Positions 58,958-64,000 of a DNA stretch of 64,000 nt are shown piece after piece (position 1 is the first letter of the stretch; every line of letters begins with the position of its first letter). This DNA comes from Verrucomicrobiota bacterium. GTDB taxonomy: Bacteria > Verrucomicrobiota > Verrucomicrobiia > Limisphaerales > AAA164-E04. Made by a program: the position numbers and the translations under genes. The notes beneath the pieces are model-generated. The model saw only the letters and a program-made list of their open reading frames with translations, was not told where the DNA came from and ran no database searches. The stretch covers positions 896,001 to 960,000 of the forward strand of contig CP170459.1 in the NCBI GenBank assembly GCA_047947115.1. Reading direction: 5' to 3'.

Positions 58958-61950
58958 TTCGTGAGGAATGAGTCCATGTTGAGTAAGGTATTGGCCACCA
59001 GCGTCAAGGCGGCGACTTCCGGCTTGGCGTCCAAACTTTTTGTCAGATCCGGACGGGCCTCATAAGTGGCCAGAGCCGATTCGTAAAGCTTCACCAAATC
59101 TGCCAGATCTTGAGAAGATGGCGATTGCCCCAGCACCTGGCGCCACCCAAAACGGATTTTTTCCTTAACATCGTCACCTGATTGCGCATGCATCCTGTTC
59201 GCCAATGCTGAGGCGCATTCCAGGTAAACAGGGTCATTCATCATGACGAGGGCCTGGAGTGGAGTATTGGTCGAGACACGTCGTGTATTGCAAATAAGCC
59301 GGTTGGGAGCATCAAAGGCGATCATACTGGGATACGGGTTCGATCTTCTCCAAAAAGTGTAGATCGCGCGCCGGTATTGGTCTCCGCCTTCGGATGTTTC
59401 CCATTTCAGGCTGCTGCGCGCGGCACGCCAGATTCCATCCGGTTGCCAGGGCATGACGGGTGGACCGTACATTTTATCGGATAATTTTCCGGAAACTACC
59501 AAAGCGCTGTCCCGCACCATCTCTGCCGTCAAACGCGTGCGCGGACCTCTTGCCAGCAAACGGTTGCCAGGATCCAGTGCGCCCAGCTCGGTGGAAACCC
59601 TGGCATCCTGCCGATAGGTGGAGGATAGCACGATTTCCCGAAGGATGCTTTTGACACTCCACTTGAGTTCATGCTGAAAGCGATGGGCCAGGTAATCCAG
59701 CAAAGCCGGGTTGCTCGGGGGTTGACCGCTGCTGCCAAAATCGCCAAGTGTGGGAACAATGCCGCTGCCGAACAACTGTTCCCAAAGACGGTTCACCATC
59801 ACTCGGGCAGTAAGTGTGTTCTGATCGGAGACCAGCCAGTCGGCCATTCCCAGACGATCCTTGGGATCAGGCGTTTCACCTGAGGCCAGGATATCGGGCA
59901 GGCCCGGTTCGACAATCTCCCCTTTGTTCAACCAATCGCCACGCTTGAAAACAGCCGTGCCACGCTTGAAAGAAGCGTATTGCTCGCGGAGATAGGGCTG
60001 GGCGGAGGATGGAATGCTTCGACGTTGCTTTTCCAGTTGGGCAAGATCAGAATGTTCTCGCTGGAAGGTTTCATCGTTCGCCAATTGTGTCCACCTTTCG
60101 TCGGAACTCAGTGCATAACGACTGCGATTGGCGATAAAAGGCGCCAGGTCGTTGGGTGCGGCTTCCTGTCGAATGATGACGCGCAGGTGACCGGATACCG
60201 GAGCCTGAATCGGTGCTTCAGGAATCAGGATCAGTTGCCGGGCATGCGTGATGCGCGGGATGGCTCCCCACCCTTCTTTGTTGGGGTGCAAGGTATCCTC
60301 GGCTTTGTGAAATGCCTCAGCTTCATCACCCAATGCAAAACGGAACTTGATCTGCCCGGGAAGCGTGAAGTTTTTTTCTTCTATCTTTTCCCCGGTTTTG
60401 CCTGCTTCAGTTCCCGATGAATCCCGAAAGGATGTCTCCCCGATCTGCGCCTTGAATTCGGATATCACAAATCCCAGCTCGGGTTGGTAAAGCGCTTTAT
60501 CGAGATCCCGCGGTAACACATCCATACGCAATGCGGTAATGGTTTCAATCCCTTCAGGTATCTGGAAATCCAGGGTGAATTGGGAATCATGTGAAACCGT
60601 TCCCTCTGTGATCACCTCTGCGCCCCCCTGTTCAATCGGTTGAATGCGCAGCTTTGTTTGCTTGTTGGAAATGGCATGCTCGGGTTTCAACCATTCCCAG
60701 TCCTGTGTTTGTTCAACTGTCCGGCGTGTTTGATCGACAATGAAAGCGGATAGTCTGCTGGTTTCAGCATCCAGCGCCCGGGCTTTGGCAAAGTCGGCGT
60801 TTGAAAGCGGCACGTCCAATTTCGGATCATCGGACCGTAAATCCCAATCCATGCTCGTATTGAAATACGACATGAATTGATAGTATTCCGGTTGGTCAAT
60901 CGGATCATAAGGATGCGAATGACATTGCACACAATTGAAAGTGATGCCCTGCCAGACCTGCCAGGTGGTATTGACCCGATCCAGGATGGCCGTGACCCGA
61001 AATTCTTCATCGTCCGTTCCGCCTTCAGTATTGGTCGGGGTATTGCGATGAAACCCGGTGGCAATCAAATCATCCATGCTTGGGGAAGGAAGCAGATCAC
61101 CGGCAAGTTGCATGCGGGTGAAATGATCGTAGGGAAGGTCTTCGTTGAAAGCCCGGATCAACCAATCACGATAAGGCCACATCGTTCGTTTGCCGTCCTT
61201 TTCATAACCCTGCGAGTCTGCGTAACGAGCCAGATCCAACCACATCGAAGCCCATCTTTCCCCAAAGGCGGAAGCGTTCAACAAGCGATCGGTCATGCGT
61301 TCAAAAGCACCTGGATCCCGATCCTTTAAAAAGGCGTCAATGGATTCCGGGGATGGCGGCAAACCGGTAAGATCAAGACTCGCCCTCCGCAACCACGACG
61401 TGCGGGTGGCGGCAGCCGCGGGTTCAATCTGGTGCCGATCCAATTCCGAAAGAACAAAGTAATCCATACCCTGCGCGCACCAGTCCGGATTTGAAACCAG
61501 CGGCTGTCCGGGTTTTTCAGGCGGCATAAATGCCCAGTGTTCATCCCAGACAGCCCCTTGTTGAATCCACTGCCGGAATAGCTGAATCTCCGCCTCTCCC
61601 AGTTTGGATTCTGATTCGGGAGGTGGCATGACATCGCTTTCATCATGGGTGGTGATGCGGGCGATGAGTTCGGATTCAGTAGGTCGCCCAGGCACCACTG
61701 CAATGGCCCCGGACTTGGTGGGTTCGAACACTTTGGAGCGATACTTGAAGGAAAGATCGCCCGCCTGCTTGACACCACCATGACAATCCATGCAGTGTTC
61801 GTTGAGAAGAGGACGAATATCGCGGGTGAAGGAAACCTCTTGCGCAGCCAGATTTTGCCCCCCACCGGATAGTGTGATCAATCTCATCACCACTAGGACC
61901 ATCACCCCTTTTCCGATGAGGCCCGGATCGTTTATCCAAATTGCATTCAT
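58954..61950 (-). CDS. Planctomycete cytochrome c + DUF1549 + DUF1553 protein
   Basis: CMDCH, HWAF, WLDLARYADS, CVQCH.HPYDPI, TNTPLQAL. Start uncertain. Confidence 0.92.
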   Translation of the reverse strand: MNAIWINDPGLIGKGVMVLVVMRLITLSGGGQNLAAQEVSFTRDIRPLLNEHCMDCHGGVKQAGDLSFKYRSKVFEPTKSGAIAVVPGRPTESELIARITTHDESDVMPPPESESKLGEAEIQLFRQWIQQGAVWDEHWAFMPPEKPGQPLVSNPDWCAQGMDYFVLSELDRHQIEPAAAATRTSWLRRASLDLTGLPPSPESIDAFLKDRDPGAFERMTDRLLNASAFGERWASMWLDLARYADSQGYEKDGKRTMWPYRDWLIRAFNEDLPYDHFTRMQLAGDLLPSPSMDDLIATGFHRNTPTNTEGGTDDEEFRVTAILDRVNTTWQVWQGITFNCVQCHSHPYDPIDQPEYYQFMSYFNTSMDWDLRSDDPKLDVPLSNADFAKARALDAETSRLSAFIVDQTRRTVEQTQDWEWLKPEHAISNKQTKLRIQPIEQGGAEVITEGTVSHDSQFTLDFQIPEGIETITALRMDVLPRDLDKALYQPELGFVISEFKAQIGETSFRDSSGTEAGKTGEKIEEKNFTLPGQIKFRFALGDEAEAFHKAEDTLHPNKEGWGAIPRITHARQLILIPEAPIQAPVSGHLRVIIRQEAAPNDLAPFIANRSRYALSSDERWTQLANDETFQREHSDLAQLEKQRRSIPSSAQPYLREQYASFKRGTAVFKRGDWLNKGEIVEPGLPDILASGETPDPKDRLGMADWLVSDQNTLTARVMVNRLWEQLFGSGIVPTLGDFGSSGQPPSNPALLDYLAHRFQHELKWSVKSILREIVLSSTYRQDARVSTELGALDPGNRLLARGPRTRLTAEMVRDSALVVSGKLSDKMYGPPVMPWQPDGIWRAARSSLKWETSEGGDQYRRAIYTFWRRSNPYPSMIAFDAPNRLICNTRRVSTNTPLQALVMMNDPVYLECASALANRMHAQSGDDVKEKIRFGWRQVLGQSPSSQDLADLVKLYESALATYEARPDLTKSLDAKPEVAALTLVANTLLNMDSFLTK

Positions 61951-62113
61951 ATACCGGAATGATTCCCATCTCGATTCATGGAAATTGCCCGTATAGCCTT
62001 CCAATCATTCGAATGCCAGACAAAACCATTGTGGCGGTTTTCTAATCAAATCTTGCTGACCTCTGGAGGGGGCGTTACGGCAAACCGCGGATTTTCAACG
62101 GATGTGATACCGC

Positions 62114-62722
62114 TTAGGCTGGGTCTTTGTGATTGCCCTCAAAAAATGGCATGGTGGCTTCGCCGGGTGCTTGAATGCCATCACGACGCACGACGGTCAG
62201 CAAGGTGAGCCAGAGAATTTTGATGTCGAGCCACAACGAACGGTGATCAACATACCAGACATCCAACTTGAATTTTTCCTCCCAACCAATGGCATTGCGC
62301 CCATTGACTTGCGCCCAACCCGTGACACCGGGCACGGCTTCATGACGCCGGGCCTGCTCTGTTGAGTAGAGTGGCAGGTAACGCATGAGTAACGGACGAG
62401 GGCCGACGAAACTCATTTCTCCTTTGAGAATGTTCAGTAGCTCGGGCAACTCATCCAGAGAGGTGGACCTCAACCACTGACCGAAGGCTGGAAGCCGGTC
62501 CGCATCCGGCAGCAGGTTGCCGTCGGAATCTCGTTCATCGGTCATGGACCTGAATTTGATGAGATGAAAAGGTTTGGCCTTCAATCCCGGTCGTTCCTGA
62601 CGGAAAAACACCGGGGCTCCCAACCGCCATCGCACCATCAGGGCCACCAGGATCAGTATCGGCACCCAAAAAGGTGCCGATATTATGACCAAAGCCAAAT
62701 CAAAGCATCGTTTCAGAAGCAT
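62114..62722 (-). CDS. Bacterial sugar transferase (PglC-like initiating phosphoglycosyl transferase)
   Basis: KRCFDL, KFRSM, SLDELPEL, SFVGPRP, PGVTGWAQVNGRN. Confidence 0.93.
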   Translation of the reverse strand: MLLKRCFDLALVIISAPFWVPILILVALMVRWRLGAPVFFRQERPGLKAKPFHLIKFRSMTDERDSDGNLLPDADRLPAFGQWLRSTSLDELPELLNILKGEMSFVGPRPLLMRYLPLYSTEQARRHEAVPGVTGWAQVNGRNAIGWEEKFKLDVWYVDHRSLWLDIKILWLTLLTVVRRDGIQAPGEATMPFFEGNHKDPA

Positions 62723-62725
62723 GTG

Positions 62726-64000
62726 TTATTGGGCAGAAGACAATAGTTCTCCCGACACAGACTGTCCGCGATCGAGGACATATTGGAATGTTCCAAAGAA
62801 CATTTCGTCACTGCTTTGCAACCCCCAAGGAACTTCCCTTTCAGGATCGGGATTGGCGGGGTTGCGTTCGGAATTATCCCAGGCGGCGTGCAGGATCAGT
62901 TTACTGCCTTTAGGAACACGTCGAGGTTGAGCCAACACGTAGGTATGTTGCCAGTTGAAGTTGTAATTCGGCACTGAAACCAATGTCTCTTTCTTGCCAT
63001 CGGGTGTTTCAAGCTCAAACCGCATGGCCTTTCCACGAAAGTGCATGTGCGGATTCATCGAGTAAAGGATGATATCCTCCTTGATGTCCTTCGACTGACT
63101 CCACGGAAATGCTCGAGCGTGCGGTGGAATCTTGATCGATTGGTCGATGAACACCCCGGTCCGGAAATCGTGTTCGGTCTTGCCTTCGGCCAGATAAAGC
63201 CCGATTTGGGTGCGATCGATCGTTTCCTTGCCGTAAGAGGTATAATGCAATTCAAACAGCAGCCGTTCATTCTTTCTGAGAAGAATGCCCGAGTCTTTCG
63301 GAAACAAACCACCCCGCACACCGGGAGCGTATCCGGTCAACCACTTCCGTTTGCGCTCGTCATCGCTTTCGCGGGGAACGATATAGATGATCACATGATG
63401 CAAGGCTTGTCGATCGCCTGGGCGAACATCCACGCCGGTAATCCAGGTGTCCTGGTCGAAAGGAGAGTCAATGTGAATATACCTGTAATCAATGATGCCA
63501 TCCGCCGGCACATGCTGCTCGGTAATATCCAGAAAATGATCCGGTTCGCCAAGCATCCAGGGTTTGGCTTCCGGGGGATTGATCGCCAGAAGATCGTTTC
63601 CTTCACCTCGCTGAGTGCCTTGTTCGATCCAATGGAGCAGGATCTGTTGTTCTTCGGGAGTCAGGGACAGATCCTGATCAAATGTCCCGTGATGTGGATC
63701 CGCCTGCCAGGGAGGCATGCGTCTGGTCATGACCACTTCACGCATCATATCCGCCCACCCGCGGGCTTTGCGATAGCTGGTAAACGCGAAAGGACCAATG
63801 CCGCCTTTCATATGGCACCCGGAGCATTTTTCACGAATCAAAGGCGCAACGTCCTTCGCATATGAAACCGGCTGCTCTTCATGCGCCTCCCATGCCGGGT
63901 AATTGATCAGGCACCCGGGTGCGTCGACCTTTGCCGTTTCGACCGTCTTGCCGTCCAGCAAGGCATCCAGAGCGTCCTTCAGATAATGCTCGGCGGCTTC
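62726..64000 (-). CDS. Cytochrome c + copper-monooxygenase-like protein (redoxin-associated type), 5' end outside the window
   Basis: CSGCH, MPPW, ALHHVI, PHMHFRG, YNFNWQ, DEM; frame open to the window edge. Confidence 0.85.
   Translation of the reverse strand, partial: EAAEHYLKDALDALLDGKTVETAKVDAPGCLINYPAWEAHEEQPVSYAKDVAPLIREKCSGCHMKGGIGPFAFTSYRKARGWADMMREVVMTRRMPPWQADPHHGTFDQDLSLTPEEQQILLHWIEQGTQRGEGNDLLAINPPEAKPWMLGEPDHFLDITEQHVPADGIIDYRYIHIDSPFDQDTWITGVDVRPGDRQALHHVIIYIVPRESDDERKRKWLTGYAPGVRGGLFPKDSGILLRKNERLLFELHYTSYGKETIDRTQIGLYLAEGKTEHDFRTGVFIDQSIKIPPHARAFPWSQSKDIKEDIILYSMNPHMHFRGKAMRFELETPDGKKETLVSVPNYNFNWQHTYVLAQPRRVPKGSKLILHAAWDNSERNPANPDPEREVPWGLQSSDEMFFGTFQYVLDRGQSVSGELLSSAQ

Noticed and set aside
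1..64000. CRISPR arrays, tRNA/rRNA, integrase or transposase genes
   Set aside because: None recognised by eye; the intergenic regions were read and show no regular repeat-spacer pattern or cloverleaf.

Overview
This is a gene-dense bacterial window. PVC-type families (DUF1501 + DUF1549/DUF1553 cytochrome pair, PVC heme-binding CxxCH/HEAT protein, H-X9-DG prepilin-like protein) suggest Verrucomicrobiota, which is an inference. From ~7 kb onward it is mostly core chromosome: gspE/pilB-type ATPase, FG-GAP proteins, ispE, tatAC, tolQ-(zinc ribbon)-tolR-tolA-tolB-pal, hisF, nrdR, mutM, rnhB, a CE15 esterase, DAHP synthase, lon, ptsP, rpsA, tyrS, panB, moaC and typA. The most unusual part is 157-6643, an AT-richer, co-oriented tandem array of two protein families I do not recognise. 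Family A is secreted or membrane-associated with a GTxIT[YW]GQ motif. Family B is a membrane-anchored ~340-aa domain present in four copies with four invariant His. The order is A1-B4 / A2-B3 / A3-leader::B1-B2, with an exact 1796-bp duplication register, and a palindromic mini-element sits at the island border. Other points: a deletion-collapsed M6 metalloprotease pseudogene missed by the ORF track, a doubly frameshifted WD40-FGE gene, a double-zinc-ribbon gene inside the tol operon, putative NrdR boxes upstream of nrdR, and a long structured SD-less rpsA leader. No rRNA, tRNA, CRISPR array, integrase or transposase was seen. All family calls are by eye from motifs; no database searches were run.
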